From an uncultured Enterobacteriaceae bacterium (GTDB lineage: Bacteria > Pseudomonadota > Gammaproteobacteria > Eutrophobiales > Eutrophobiaceae): a DNA stretch of 34,461 nucleotides. Every line of letters starts with the position of its first letter. The stretch's first letter is position 1. Below, one piece after another: positions 9,755-19,132 of this stretch. The DNA lies in contig CAZDFI010000013.1 of assembly GCA_964504725.1 (NCBI GenBank), positions 1,192 through 35,652 of the forward strand. The letters run 5' to 3'. The position numbers and the translations under genes were made by a program. The notes below the pieces were generated by a model. It saw only the letters and a list, made by a program, of their open reading frames with translations. It was not told the origin of the DNA and ran no database searches.

Positions 9755-10768
9755 ATGAATATTTCAAAATGCATTTATATCAGTGTAATTTATTCGTTGA
9801 TTTTTTTTACACAATCTACATTTGCAGATCATGCCAGTGCCAGTTTCGAAACCGGCGCGGCGGGTGCCATCATGACAACACCGGGAGCGACTTTGCCTAA
9901 AGGCAAGTTTGTTGTTGGTATCAGTGTTCAGTCCCTGGAACTTGATGATATCTCTGATGGGGTTCTGGAAGCTTCAGGTGCGGCAGATGAGGATGTCCAT
10001 AGTGTTGATAGTTTTTTAAGTATCAATGCCAATCTTGCTTATGGCTTGACGAATGATCTGACTATTGGTCTGACTATGCCTTATATTGATCGGTCAAATG
10101 TTCGCGAAGCGCATAATGATATGGGTGTGGGCGAAGCTGAACTGGCGGGGGATTCTAATGGCGTAGGCGATCTGACTTTATTCGGCCAGTATCGTTTCCA
10201 TCAGAGTGAAAAACAAGATGCTGCTATCCTTATGGGTATTAAAACACCGACGGGTGAAACCGGTGTAAGAGAAACAGAGGGTGGTTTGTTTGAAGCTGAG
10301 CAGCAACCGGGTTCCGGTTCATGGGATCCTTTCTTTGGTCTGGCGTATAACCGTAATTGGGGGGATATTGGATTTTCCGGCAATGTGCTCTATACATTTG
10401 TGACTGAAGGCACACAAGATACTGACCTGGGCGATATCTTTAATTACAATCTTGCACTTTCATATCGTACTACGATTCCCGAGGGTGGACATGAACATCA
10501 TGAGCACGCACATCAAGCAAAGATTATTGATTATATTGATATGGTGGTCGAATTGAATGGTGACTCGAGACAGCGTGTGAATATCGGTGGTGAGTCAGAA
10601 GAACATAGCGGAGGTCATTCACTTTACCTTTCTCCAGGATTGCGAGTTGGTCTAGGCCATAGCGTATCGCTATTCACATCTATCGGCATACCGATTGTGA
10701 ATGATCTGAATGGTATGCAGAGTGAACCAGACTATCGTGTGATTGGTGGCGTGAGTGTTGTTTTTTAA
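9755..10768 (+). CDS. Outer-membrane beta-barrel protein, MetA-pathway/'transporter' (PF13557)-like, with a His-rich loop
   Basis: Signal peptide ...TQSTFA/DH, alternating beta-strand pattern, C-terminal ...VIGGVSVVF (terminal aromatic residue) and the loop PEGGHEHHEHAHQ. The family assignment is from memory of the pattern, not from a search. Confidence 0.65.
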   Translation: MNISKCIYISVIYSLIFFTQSTFADHASASFETGAAGAIMTTPGATLPKGKFVVGISVQSLELDDISDGVLEASGAADEDVHSVDSFLSINANLAYGLTNDLTIGLTMPYIDRSNVREAHNDMGVGEAELAGDSNGVGDLTLFGQYRFHQSEKQDAAILMGIKTPTGETGVRETEGGLFEAEQQPGSGSWDPFFGLAYNRNWGDIGFSGNVLYTFVTEGTQDTDLGDIFNYNLALSYRTTIPEGGHEHHEHAHQAKIIDYIDMVVELNGDSRQRVNIGGESEEHSGGHSLYLSPGLRVGLGHSVSLFTSIGIPIVNDLNGMQSEPDYRVIGGVSVVF

Positions 10769-10787
10769 GCAGTCTGAAGACAAATAT

Positions 10788-11609
10788 TTATGCAGCAGGA
10801 ACACTAAATAGTTTTTCGTCTTCTAATCTCATCGCTGTTAATTCTCCATCCCAAAGACAACCCGTATCAATAGGGTAAACGTTGTAAGGCGTAAAGTCTC
10901 GAATATTACCCAGGCGTAGTGTGGACCAGTGGCCGAAAATGATTTTGTCGTTCTTGCTTTTTCTGTCTTCATTCGTGAACCAGGGAAATAGATGATCGCC
11001 TTGCGATCCAGGAGCACCTTTCTCGGAGAAATTCAATTCATTCTTATCATTAAGATAACGCATGCGAGTAAAGCAATTCACTATAAATCTTAAACGATCA
11101 TTGCCTGCCAGGTTTTCATCCCAGGCGTTTGGATTATTACCATACATGGCATTAAGGAATGAAAGATAATTATCACTGCTTAATACCTGATTGACTTCTG
11201 AAGCCAACTTTAAGGCTTGATGAATATCCCACTGTGGGGGAAGACCTGCATGGATCATAGAGAAATTTAGTTCTTTATCATGATACATGAGTGGTTGCCG
11301 TCGTATCCAGGCTAGCAATTTATGTTTGTCTGGTGAGGTGATAATAGATGTTAATGTATCAATCTTTTTTTGCTTAGCCAGTCCTTCAGCGATAGCCACA
11401 AGGTGAAGATCGTGATTCCCAAGAACGGTGACGGTGGACTCACCCAGATTCATAATAAAATTTAACACTTCCAGGGAATCAGGTCCCCGGTTGACTATAT
11501 CTCCCACGAACCACAGACGATCGTTGGTTTCGTCAAAATTAATTTTATCGAGTAGTTGGACGAGTTCTTTGAAACAACCTTGAATATCGCCGATTGCGTA
11601 GGTCGACAT
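10788..11609 (-). CDS. apaH: Bis(5'-nucleosyl)-tetraphosphatase, symmetrical
   Basis: MSTYAIGDIQGC...LWFVGDIVNRGPDSLEVL...VLGNHDLHL...HAGL.PQW are metallophosphoesterase motifs typical of ApaH. I prefer the ATG at 11609; the track extension to 11675 reads through a repeat element. Confidence 0.93.
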   Translation of the reverse strand: MSTYAIGDIQGCFKELVQLLDKINFDETNDRLWFVGDIVNRGPDSLEVLNFIMNLGESTVTVLGNHDLHLVAIAEGLAKQKKIDTLTSIITSPDKHKLLAWIRRQPLMYHDKELNFSMIHAGLPPQWDIHQALKLASEVNQVLSSDNYLSFLNAMYGNNPNAWDENLAGNDRLRFIVNCFTRMRYLNDKNELNFSEKGAPGSQGDHLFPWFTNEDRKSKNDKIIFGHWSTLRLGNIRDFTPYNVYPIDTGCLWDGELTAMRLEDEKLFSVPAA

Positions 11610-11673
11610 TTTTAGGGCACCTCTATTAGTTTTGGGTGAGATATATTGAGATTCAAAATATTTACCCAAGGGC

Positions 11674-11846
11674 ATTCCCTTCGGTCACCCGCAAGGTACT
11701 AAGTTATTGTAATAGTCGTTCTATTGCAATTGCTTAGTTAAGCTTCCGCTCCTGCTCACGCCCCTCACCTACATCCATGTAGGCGACGCGGCTATTGGAG
11801 ATTTTGGACTCAATAGGCTTATCCAAAACTGATAGAGATGCCCTTC
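11674..11846. repeat. Inserted hairpin-rich element between apaG and apaH, flanked by a near-perfect 9-bp direct repeat
   Basis: ATTCCCTTC (11674-11682) and ATGCCCTTC (11838-11846) flank about 155 bp. The insert contains ATTGTAATAGtcgttCTATTGCAAT (11706-11730) and CCTACatccatGTAGG (11768-11783). AAGGGCAT (11668-11675) and ATGCCCTT (11838-11845) also form an inverted pair. Confidence 0.45.
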
Positions 11847-12222
11847 AATGCAAAGCGTGGGGTATGGAGAGACCAAAAGCAGGAATTTCTGTATCAAACT
11901 CAATGCCGTCATCCGCAATTAAATAATAATGACCCTGCATATAGCCAACAGGTGTTTCAATCACTGCGGCACTGGTATAGCAAAATGTTTCACCTGGCTT
12001 CAGATGTGGTTGTTTACCAACGACACCTTTACCTTTCACTTCCTGAATCTTGTCATTGGCATCTGTGATCAACCAGTGGCGGCCAAGCAATTTGGCAGAA
12101 GCGGATCCATTGTTTTTAATAGTAATGCGATAAGCAAACACATACCGTGCATTATCCGGATCTGATTGGTTTCTGACGTAATTTGTTTCTACTGAGACAT
12201 CTATTTTGTGTTGCATTTGCAT
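11845..12222 (-). CDS. apaG: ApaG (DUF525) protein
   Basis: 125 aa with Y.FAY.I.I.N.G...A.LL.RHW.ITD.....EV.G.GVVG.QP.L.PGE.F.YTS. It sits upstream of apaH, as in the enterobacterial apaGH unit. Confidence 0.93.
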   Translation of the reverse strand: MQMQHKIDVSVETNYVRNQSDPDNARYVFAYRITIKNNGSASAKLLGRHWLITDANDKIQEVKGKGVVGKQPHLKPGETFCYTSAAVIETPVGYMQGHYYLIADDGIEFDTEIPAFGLSIPHALH

Positions 12223-12276
12223 GTATTCAATTTGACCTTAATTGAAATAGGCATGCAAGTGTTTATAATTTATTTT

Positions 12277-13791
12277 CTATGCAAGCCTGTTTCTGTCGAG
12301 GCGCCTGTAACTGATGGCTTCACTTAGGTGTGTTGAATCTATTGATTCTGCACCTGCCAAATCGGCGATGGTTCGGGCAACTTTTTGAATACGGTGTATG
12401 GCACGAGCGGACAAGCCCAGTCGATCTATCGCTGCATCAAGCAGTCTTGAATCAGTTTCCTCAATCTTGCAGAATTTGTTGACTTCCTTATTGGTGAGTT
12501 TGTGATTCGCCTTCCCCGATCGATTTAATTGTAATTCATACGCCCTGGTGACACGTTGTTGTATGGTACTGCTATCTTCAGTTTCGCTGATGTGATTTTG
12601 ATGAAAAACCTCTTTGGCTACTTTTACCACTTCAATATGTATATCAATCCTGTCTAGCAATGGCCCAGATATCTTCTGCCTGTAACGATGGACTTGTTCT
12701 TCCGTGCAATGGCAACGACCGCCTGAATCCCCCAGGTAACCACAGGGGCAGGGATTCATCGCAGCAATGAGCTGAAATTGAGCGGGAAACTCAGCCTGAT
12801 TCGCTGCCCGTGATATGACTATGCGTCCAGACTCTAAAGGTTCTCTTAATACTTCCAGTACACGGCGATCAAATTCCGGTAATTCGTCCAGAAACAACAC
12901 CCCATGATGTGCCAAAGATATTTCTCCGGGTCGTGGCTGACTGCCTCCACCGACCAGCGCAACACCTGACGCTGTGTGATGTGGATGTCTGATAGGGCGT
13001 TGTTTCCATTTTTTCGGATCGAATCCCTGGCTACTGATCGAAGTCACCGCCGCTGATTCCAATGCTTGTGACTCTGTCATCGGCGGTAAGATCCCTGGAA
13101 ATCGCTCTGCCAACATTGTTTTACCTGTCCCGGGAGGACCAATCATAATCAGATTATGACCACCCGCCGCTGCGACCTCCAATGCGCGTTTGGCATGGTT
13201 TTGGGCGCGGACATCTGAAAAATCAAATTCATGAGATACATTGTTAACCACTGTTTTATTTATGTGTAGGGGGATTTGTTCGTGACCATTGATATGAGAG
13301 CATACATCCATCAAGTGTGTCGCAGGATGAATATTTACGTTGGAAACAAGTGCTGCTTCTTCTGCATTCTGGGTGGGCAATATCAGCGTGTGTTTCTGTT
13401 GTGAACAAGCATGAGCGAAAGGCAGCATTCCTTTCACCGCACGAAGCTCTCCGGTTAAGGCTAACTCACCAGAAAATTCATAGTATTCCAGGGTTTCTTT
13501 GGGGATTTGTCCAGATGCAGCAAGAATTCCAAGGGCAATAGCCAGATCGAAGCGCGCGCCTTCTTTGGGTAAATCGGCAGGTGCAAGATTGATGGTGATC
13601 CGACCAAGCGGAAATTCGAAATGATTATTGATGATCGCACTGCGAACCCTGTCTTTACTTTCTTTAACCGCAGCTTCAGGCAAACCGACAATGGAAAGAC
13701 TGGGTAGACCTCGCGTGATATGAACTTCTATCGTGATCAGTGGCGCTTGAATGCCAACCTGTGCACGGCTGTGGGTAATTGCAATACTCAT
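12277..13791 (-). CDS. comM: YifB/ComM-family Mg-chelatase-like AAA+ ATPase
   Basis: 504 aa with an N-terminal Lon-like domain (VEVHI.RGLP.L.IVGLP), Walker A GPPGTGKTM, LFLDELPEF, the CPCGY...C.C zinc motif and a C-terminal helical domain. Confidence 0.93.
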   Translation of the reverse strand: MSIAITHSRAQVGIQAPLITIEVHITRGLPSLSIVGLPEAAVKESKDRVRSAIINNHFEFPLGRITINLAPADLPKEGARFDLAIALGILAASGQIPKETLEYYEFSGELALTGELRAVKGMLPFAHACSQQKHTLILPTQNAEEAALVSNVNIHPATHLMDVCSHINGHEQIPLHINKTVVNNVSHEFDFSDVRAQNHAKRALEVAAAGGHNLIMIGPPGTGKTMLAERFPGILPPMTESQALESAAVTSISSQGFDPKKWKQRPIRHPHHTASGVALVGGGSQPRPGEISLAHHGVLFLDELPEFDRRVLEVLREPLESGRIVISRAANQAEFPAQFQLIAAMNPCPCGYLGDSGGRCHCTEEQVHRYRQKISGPLLDRIDIHIEVVKVAKEVFHQNHISETEDSSTIQQRVTRAYELQLNRSGKANHKLTNKEVNKFCKIEETDSRLLDAAIDRLGLSARAIHRIQKVARTIADLAGAESIDSTHLSEAISYRRLDRNRLA

Positions 13792-13892
13792 CGTCCTTAA
13801 TAGATCTGCGTGTTGCAGATTTGAAATCCCTCTCTATCTAATTACATCAGTTAAAATCCTTTACCAGGAGACTGGAATCATATGACGAATCG

Positions 13893-14141
13893 CTAGGGTT
13901 TTCTAGCTTGTTCCAATGCCTCAATCTTTTTCTCCAACTCTTCAACCAGGGCACGTGTGCGGGAAAGTAGTTCTGATTGGATATCAAATTCTTCTCTTGA
14001 GACAAGATCCAATCTGGAGAATGTGGCTTGTAATGCAGATTTAAGATTCTTTTCTACATCTTCCTGAATCTTGCCAAGGTCCGATGGCAGTTTATCCAGA
14101 ACCTGTTTTGCGATCTCTTCAAATTTAAATTCGTTTTTCAT
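13893..14141 (-). CDS. ubiK: UbiK/YqiC-family accessory factor (coiled-coil, BMFP)
   Basis: 82 aa: MKNEFKFEEIAKQV...LQATFSRLDLVSREEFDIQSELLSRTRALVEELEKKIEALE, matching the DLV.REEFD...L coiled-coil pattern. I prefer the ATG at 14141 over 14183. Confidence 0.75.
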   Translation of the reverse strand: MKNEFKFEEIAKQVLDKLPSDLGKIQEDVEKNLKSALQATFSRLDLVSREEFDIQSELLSRTRALVEELEKKIEALEQARKP

Positions 14142-14304
14142 GATTACCCTGATTTGGCGTGAAGCTTGTTTATGAATACGCAAAAATTATTGTTTCCAAG
14201 TCTAATTGTTGTTCGCTAATTACTTCGAATCATTGTAGCAAAATTACCAGGATCGTATGTCTGCATCGCTCGTTTAAAGGAAGGTAAAGAATCACGAGTT
14301 AAAT

Positions 14305-14342
14305 TAGTGCAACGCATAAAAAAGATGCACTAGTTTAGTGCA
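14305..14342. promoter_or_regulatory. NtrC-type enhancer: TGCAC-N7-GTGCA palindrome plus an extra half-site
   Basis: TGCACTAGTTTAGTGCA (14326-14342) is a perfect 7-3-7 palindrome fitting the NtrC consensus TGCACC-N5-GGTGCA. An additional TAGTGCA half-site lies at 14305-14311. The palindrome is about 100 bp upstream of a sigma-54 promoter. Confidence 0.55.
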
Positions 14343-14427
14343 AAATCATAATTATAGCGCATCATTTATCACATGAATCTACCCAAAAAATAGATAAGTA
14401 ATTGTTATTAGTAGATATGTTAGATAT

Positions 14428-14443
14428 TGGCACAACATGTGCA
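14428..14443 (+). promoter_or_regulatory. Sigma-54 (-24/-12) promoter
   Basis: TGGCACaacatgTGCA has GG and GC exactly 12 nt apart (consensus TGGCACG-N4-TTGCW). It lies 113 nt upstream of the porin-glnK-amtB genes. Confidence 0.7.
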
Positions 14444-14555
14444 TTAATGTAGCCAAACCTTAACAATTCAGGTTTGTGGAATTATATAAATATTTAGGAT
14501 CAAGGAACCATATATTAATAAGTTTTAGCATGACTCTAGCTGGGGGAAAATTAAA

Positions 14556-15302
14556 ATGAAACAGCTTTCTATCGCACTTATTACAAGTGTAATTATTATT
14601 ACTGCACCGATGGTGATGGCAGAGGACTCTCCACACGAATTCAGTGCGAATGTCGCTCTTTCAACAGATTATATGTATCGAGGTGGCTCACAAACGAATG
14701 AACAGCCTGCGATTTCAGGTGGTTTTGATTATGCGCATTCTTCAGGAGTATATGTAGGTTTATGGGCGTCAAATGTCGATTTTGGTGATTCAGCGAATAT
14801 TGAGATTGATTATTACGGTGGGATTGCTGGAGAATTTTCTAATGGTATTGGCTGGGACGTAGGTGGACTCTACTACCAATATCCAGGTGTCAAAGATGCG
14901 GACGAAGCTGGCGGCGATTTTGATTTTTTTGAAGGCTACGGCGGCCTGACATACACCTTTAGTGATGTTCAGTTAGAACCTGCTATCGGCGTAAAATTTT
15001 CATATAGCCCTGACTATTTTGGCGAAAGTGGTGACTCATATTATGTCAATGCAGATTTGGGTCTCTCATTGCCGTACGGATTTGGATTTGCATTCCAATA
15101 TGGAAATCAGATGTTCGATAGTTCTAGTTTGACCGACTACTCTCATTACTCAGTTGGTTTAAGTAAAGACATTGCAAAATTCACTTTTGATGTTACTTGG
15201 TATGACGAAATTGATGATGCAAATCTTTTCTGGAATTTATCATCGGATCCTAATAATACACCGGCAGAAGCGCTGGTTTTCACAATCTCAGCTAGTTTTT
15301 AG
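14556..15302 (+). CDS. TorF-family putative outer-membrane porin (TIGR02001/Gcw_chp type)
   Basis: Signal peptide ...PMVMA/ED, then SANVALSTDYMYRGGSQTNEQPAISGGFDY.H.SG.Y.G.WASNVDF, the characteristic N-terminal block of this family. C-terminal ...FTISASF. Confidence 0.75.
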   Translation: MKQLSIALITSVIIITAPMVMAEDSPHEFSANVALSTDYMYRGGSQTNEQPAISGGFDYAHSSGVYVGLWASNVDFGDSANIEIDYYGGIAGEFSNGIGWDVGGLYYQYPGVKDADEAGGDFDFFEGYGGLTYTFSDVQLEPAIGVKFSYSPDYFGESGDSYYVNADLGLSLPYGFGFAFQYGNQMFDSSSLTDYSHYSVGLSKDIAKFTFDVTWYDEIDDANLFWNLSSDPNNTPAEALVFTISASF

Positions 15303-15345
15303 TATTTTTAATATTTTCTTTAAATCGTGTCCTGTCCTGATCTAA

Positions 15346-15723
<378 letters not shown>

Positions 15724-15745
15724 CAGCCTGGGAGGAATTTAATAA

Positions 15746-17080
15746 ATGAAATCGTTAATTTGTAGTTTTAAAAATCATAGAGGTCTGATGGGCGTGTATG
15801 TGTTAGTGGCAGGGTGTCTCACGCCGTCATTAGTCATGGCTGATGAGTTAAGCTCTGGCGATACGGCCTGGATGATTACGGCTACCGTATTGGTATTATT
15901 TATGACGATCCCTGGATTGTCGCTATTTTATGCAGGTATGGTACGTAGTAAGAACGTCTTGTCAGTGATGATGCAATGCTTTGCTATCACCTGTCTGATG
16001 ACAATACTTTGGGTTTTATATGCGTATAGTCTGGCATTTGGTGATGGCGGCAGTATGAATGGCTTCTGGGGCGGTTTTAGTAATGCATTACTTGCTAACA
16101 TGAGTGCTGACAGTATGAGTGGCACCATTCCTGAATCTGTTTTTATGACCTTCCAGATGACATTTGCCATTATCACTCCGGCCTTGATTGTTGGTGCCTT
16201 TGCTGAGCGCATGAAATTTTCTGCCATGCTGTTATTTATGGCTGTTTGGGTAACCATAGTCTACGCGCCTATTTGTCACTGGGTTTGGGGCGGCGGTTGG
16301 CTGGGTAGTAAATTTGCCATTCTTGATTTTGCCGGTGGTACGGTTGTGCACATCAATGCAGGTGTTGCAGGTCTGGTAGCCTGTCTGGTGCTTGGTAAGC
16401 GTAAGGGCTATCCAACCACAGCAATGCCTCCACATAATCTGACCCTGACTCTGGTTGGTGCAGCGATGCTCTGGGTCGGTTGGTTTGGATTCAATGCAGG
16501 CAGTGAACTGGCCGCGGATGGTACAGCGGGTATGGCAATGGCGGTGACGCAAATTGCAACTGCAACCGCAGCGTTGGCCTGGATGTTTGCTGAATGGATG
16601 TCTCATGGCAAGCCAAGCGCTTTGGGTCTTGCTTCTGGTGCAGTTGCAGGACTGGTTGCAATTACCCCAGCCTGTGGCTCAGTCGGACCAATGGGCGCAT
16701 TGGTTATCGGTCTTGCTTCCGATTTCATTTGTTTCAAGGCTGCGAGCACGCTTAAGCGTAAGTTGGGTTATGACGATTCACTGGATGTATTTGGTGTCCA
16801 TGCCGTGGGTGGTATTGTTGGCGCATTATTGACCGGCGTCTTTTCTGCCACAACTCTGGGCGTATTCTCGGGTCAGGGTCTGGCAGATGGTGTCAGTGGT
16901 ATCGGCGGACAGGTTTTTAATCAGTCTGTTGCTGTCATCGTGACTATCATATACTGCGGTGTATTAAGTTTTATCATTCTTAAAGTAATTGATGCGGTGA
17001 TTGGACTTCGTGTATCTGAAGATGAAGAGTCAGAAGGTCTGGATCTCGCTTCTCACGACGAACGCGGTTACATCTTGTAA
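15746..17080 (+). CDS. amtB: Ammonium transporter (AmtB, copy 1)
   Basis: 444 aa with a cleavable signal ending LVMA/DE. Amt signatures are present: DTAWM...LVLFMT.PGL, FAERMKF, both pore histidines (GGTVVHINAG, FGVHAVGG) and the acidic C-terminal region. GGGAGGA lies 9 nt upstream. Confidence 0.95.
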   Translation: MKSLICSFKNHRGLMGVYVLVAGCLTPSLVMADELSSGDTAWMITATVLVLFMTIPGLSLFYAGMVRSKNVLSVMMQCFAITCLMTILWVLYAYSLAFGDGGSMNGFWGGFSNALLANMSADSMSGTIPESVFMTFQMTFAIITPALIVGAFAERMKFSAMLLFMAVWVTIVYAPICHWVWGGGWLGSKFAILDFAGGTVVHINAGVAGLVACLVLGKRKGYPTTAMPPHNLTLTLVGAAMLWVGWFGFNAGSELAADGTAGMAMAVTQIATATAALAWMFAEWMSHGKPSALGLASGAVAGLVAITPACGSVGPMGALVIGLASDFICFKAASTLKRKLGYDDSLDVFGVHAVGGIVGALLTGVFSATTLGVFSGQGLADGVSGIGGQVFNQSVAVIVTIIYCGVLSFIILKVIDAVIGLRVSEDEESEGLDLASHDERGYIL

Positions 17081-17104
17081 TCATTCATCTCTCAAACCAT
17101 CAGG

Positions 17105-17130
17105 AAAGGGCGCTTCGGCGCCCTTTTTTT
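17105..17130 (+). terminator. Rho-independent terminator after amtB copy 1
   Basis: AAAGGGCGC-ttcg-GCGCCCTTT followed by a T-run (to 17130). Confidence 0.85.
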
Positions 17131-17193
17131 GTCATTTAGCCCTGGCTAGTTTAAATTGTGGATGCGCAAGCATGAATAAATTGCTAATCTCTT

Positions 17194-17210
17194 GTGCACA
17201 CTAACAGTGC
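17194..17210. promoter_or_regulatory. NtrC-like palindrome TGCAC-N7-GTGCA upstream of glnK copy 2
   Basis: TGCACactaacaGTGCA lies 53 nt upstream of the glnK2 start. I found no correctly spaced -24/-12 element nearby. Confidence 0.4.
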
Positions 17211-17262
17211 AATAACAACAGGTTGCCCATACCTGAAGGCAGACACCGGGAGAAATATGTCA

Positions 17263-17601
17263 ATGAAATTATTAATCGCAGTCATAAAACCCTATAAATT
17301 GGATGATGTGAGAGACGCTTTGTCAGAGGTTGGCGTACAAGGTCTGACCGTGACTGAGGTTAAAGGCTTTGGTCGACAAAAAGGACACACAGAACTTTAT
17401 CGTGGTGCAGAGTACGTGGTTGATTTTCTGCCCAAGACAAAACTGGAAATCGCACTGGATGATGAGCAGGTTGATACCGCTATCGAAGCAATTACCAAAG
17501 CAGCTGGCACTGGTAAGATTGGGGATGGCAAGATTTTTGTGCAAGACCTTGAACAGGCAGTTCGTATTCGCACCAGTGAAACTGGTTCAGACGCACTGTA
17601 A
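17263..17601 (+). CDS. glnK: Nitrogen regulatory protein P-II (GlnK, copy 2)
   Basis: 112 aa from MKLLIAVIKPYKLDDV, with the same T-loop including Tyr51. GGGAGA lies 9 nt upstream. The track start at 17194 adds a non-homologous 23-aa extension. Confidence 0.95.
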   Translation: MKLLIAVIKPYKLDDVRDALSEVGVQGLTVTEVKGFGRQKGHTELYRGAEYVVDFLPKTKLEIALDDEQVDTAIEAITKAAGTGKIGDGKIFVQDLEQAVRIRTSETGSDAL

Positions 17602-17633
17602 TAGGTAAAACGGGTGGGGAGGGTATTAATAAA

Positions 17634-18911
17634 ATGGTACAGAGGATAATCAGTATAATAGTGGGTTTACTGGCATTTTTGCCAACTATTGCATTTGCCG
17701 AAGAAGTTAACGGTGCAGACACTGCGTGGATATTAACTTCAACGGCCTTGGTCTTGTTTATGACCCTGCCAGGACTGGCACTTTTCTATTCTGGTCTGTT
17801 ACGCGCAAAGAATGCTTTGTCTGTTTTGATGCAATGCTTTGCTATCGCCTGTCTTGTATCAATCCTGTGGATGTTTATTGTCTATGGTCTGGCATTTGGC
17901 GATGGTGGATCTCTAAACAAGATTGTTGGTGGCGGCAAGATTTTTATGTCTGGTATCGGTCTGGACAGTGTTAGCGGTACTATCCCTGAAACTGTATTTT
18001 TCATGTTCCAGATGACATTCGCCATCATCACCCCGGCACTAGCTGTGGGTGCTTTTGCTGAACGAATGAAATTTTCTGCCGTACTCTGGTTTACTGCCTT
18101 GTGGATGGTGCTGGTCTATGCACCAGTATGCCATTGGGTCTGGGGTGGTGGCTGGTTAGCAGATATGGGGTTTATGGATTTTGCCGGCGGTTCTGTTGTT
18201 CATATCAATGCGGGTGTTGCTGGTTTAGTGGCAGCATTGATCATAGGTAATCGTAATGGTTTTCCTGATACACCAATGCCACCACATAACATGACATTGG
18301 CTGTGGCTGGCGCATCCATGCTCTGGGTCGGTTGGTTTGGGTTTAATGCCGGTAGCGCGTTAACAGCGGGAAGTAGTGCTGGCATGGCCATGACCGCCAC
18401 ACATATCTCTGCAGCAGCAGCTTCTCTGTCCTGGATGGCGTGTGAATGGATTAGATACGGGAAGCCCAGCGTATTGGGTATTGTCACAGGGATGGTGGCT
18501 GGACTGGCTACAATTACCCCGGCATCGGGTTATGTTGGGCCTATTGGTGCGCTAATAATCGGTATTTCCGCTGGAGTTGTGTGCTACTCTGCTACCCAGT
18601 ATTTCAAGCGAGTTCTGAAGATCGATGATTCACTGGATGTTTTCACTGTGCATGGTATTGGCGGGATATTAGGTTTATTACTTACCGCTGTGTTTGCCGC
18701 ATCACTGGATGGACTGGGACTGGAAACATCGATGGGCGCCCAGTTTGTGACACAGCTGATCGGGATAGTAGCTGTTACCATCTGGTGTGCTGTATTGAGT
18801 TTCATAATTTTGAAACTTGTTGACAAAACAATTGGTTTACGTGTGAGTGCAGAAGAGGAAACCGATGGATTAGACCTCGTGTTGCATAATGAGCGAGGAT
18901 ACACACTTTAA
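17634..18911 (+). CDS. amtB: Ammonium transporter (AmtB, copy 2)
   Basis: 425 aa with signal ...TIAFA/EE and the same Amt signatures (GGSVVHINAG, FTVHGIGG). Roughly 70% identity by eye to copy 1. Confidence 0.95.
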   Translation: MVQRIISIIVGLLAFLPTIAFAEEVNGADTAWILTSTALVLFMTLPGLALFYSGLLRAKNALSVLMQCFAIACLVSILWMFIVYGLAFGDGGSLNKIVGGGKIFMSGIGLDSVSGTIPETVFFMFQMTFAIITPALAVGAFAERMKFSAVLWFTALWMVLVYAPVCHWVWGGGWLADMGFMDFAGGSVVHINAGVAGLVAALIIGNRNGFPDTPMPPHNMTLAVAGASMLWVGWFGFNAGSALTAGSSAGMAMTATHISAAAASLSWMACEWIRYGKPSVLGIVTGMVAGLATITPASGYVGPIGALIIGISAGVVCYSATQYFKRVLKIDDSLDVFTVHGIGGILGLLLTAVFAASLDGLGLETSMGAQFVTQLIGIVAVTIWCAVLSFIILKLVDKTIGLRVSAEEETDGLDLVLHNERGYTL

Positions 18912-18941
18912 TCAAAATGAATCTCCTGTGTGATTATAGTT

Positions 18942-18972
18942 AAGGGGCACATTCTGTATGTGCCCCTTATTT
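18942..18972 (+). terminator. Rho-independent terminator after amtB copy 2
   Basis: AAGGGGCACAT-tctgt-ATGTGCCCCTT followed by ATTT. Confidence 0.75.
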
Positions 18973-19132
18973 CACTGCATAATTCGTGTTTCTACTATTT
19001 GTAAGATTATGTTCCCGGATATATATTTAGTTTCTCTAATCGTCTAAAATCAACTCCTTGATTCTGGGTAGTCAGCGAAACAATTATTGTTTTTCACCAC
19101 ATATAATATCGAAGAAAAGAGTATAAAAATCC

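Noticed and set aside
15803-15817. Lipobox-like LVAGC in the AmtB1 signal peptide
   Set aside because: The downstream LVMA/DE matches the SPase-I site position of the E. coli AmtB signal peptide. The Cys lies inside the hydrophobic core, so this is probably coincidental.
17194-17262. N-terminal extensions suggested by the longest ORFs (glnK2 at 17194; also 2701, 5981, 11675, 14183, 15376, 23410)
   Set aside because: Internal ATGs give canonical protein lengths and N-termini with better Shine-Dalgarno spacing. The extensions have no homology-like pattern, and the one at 11675 reads into a repeat element.
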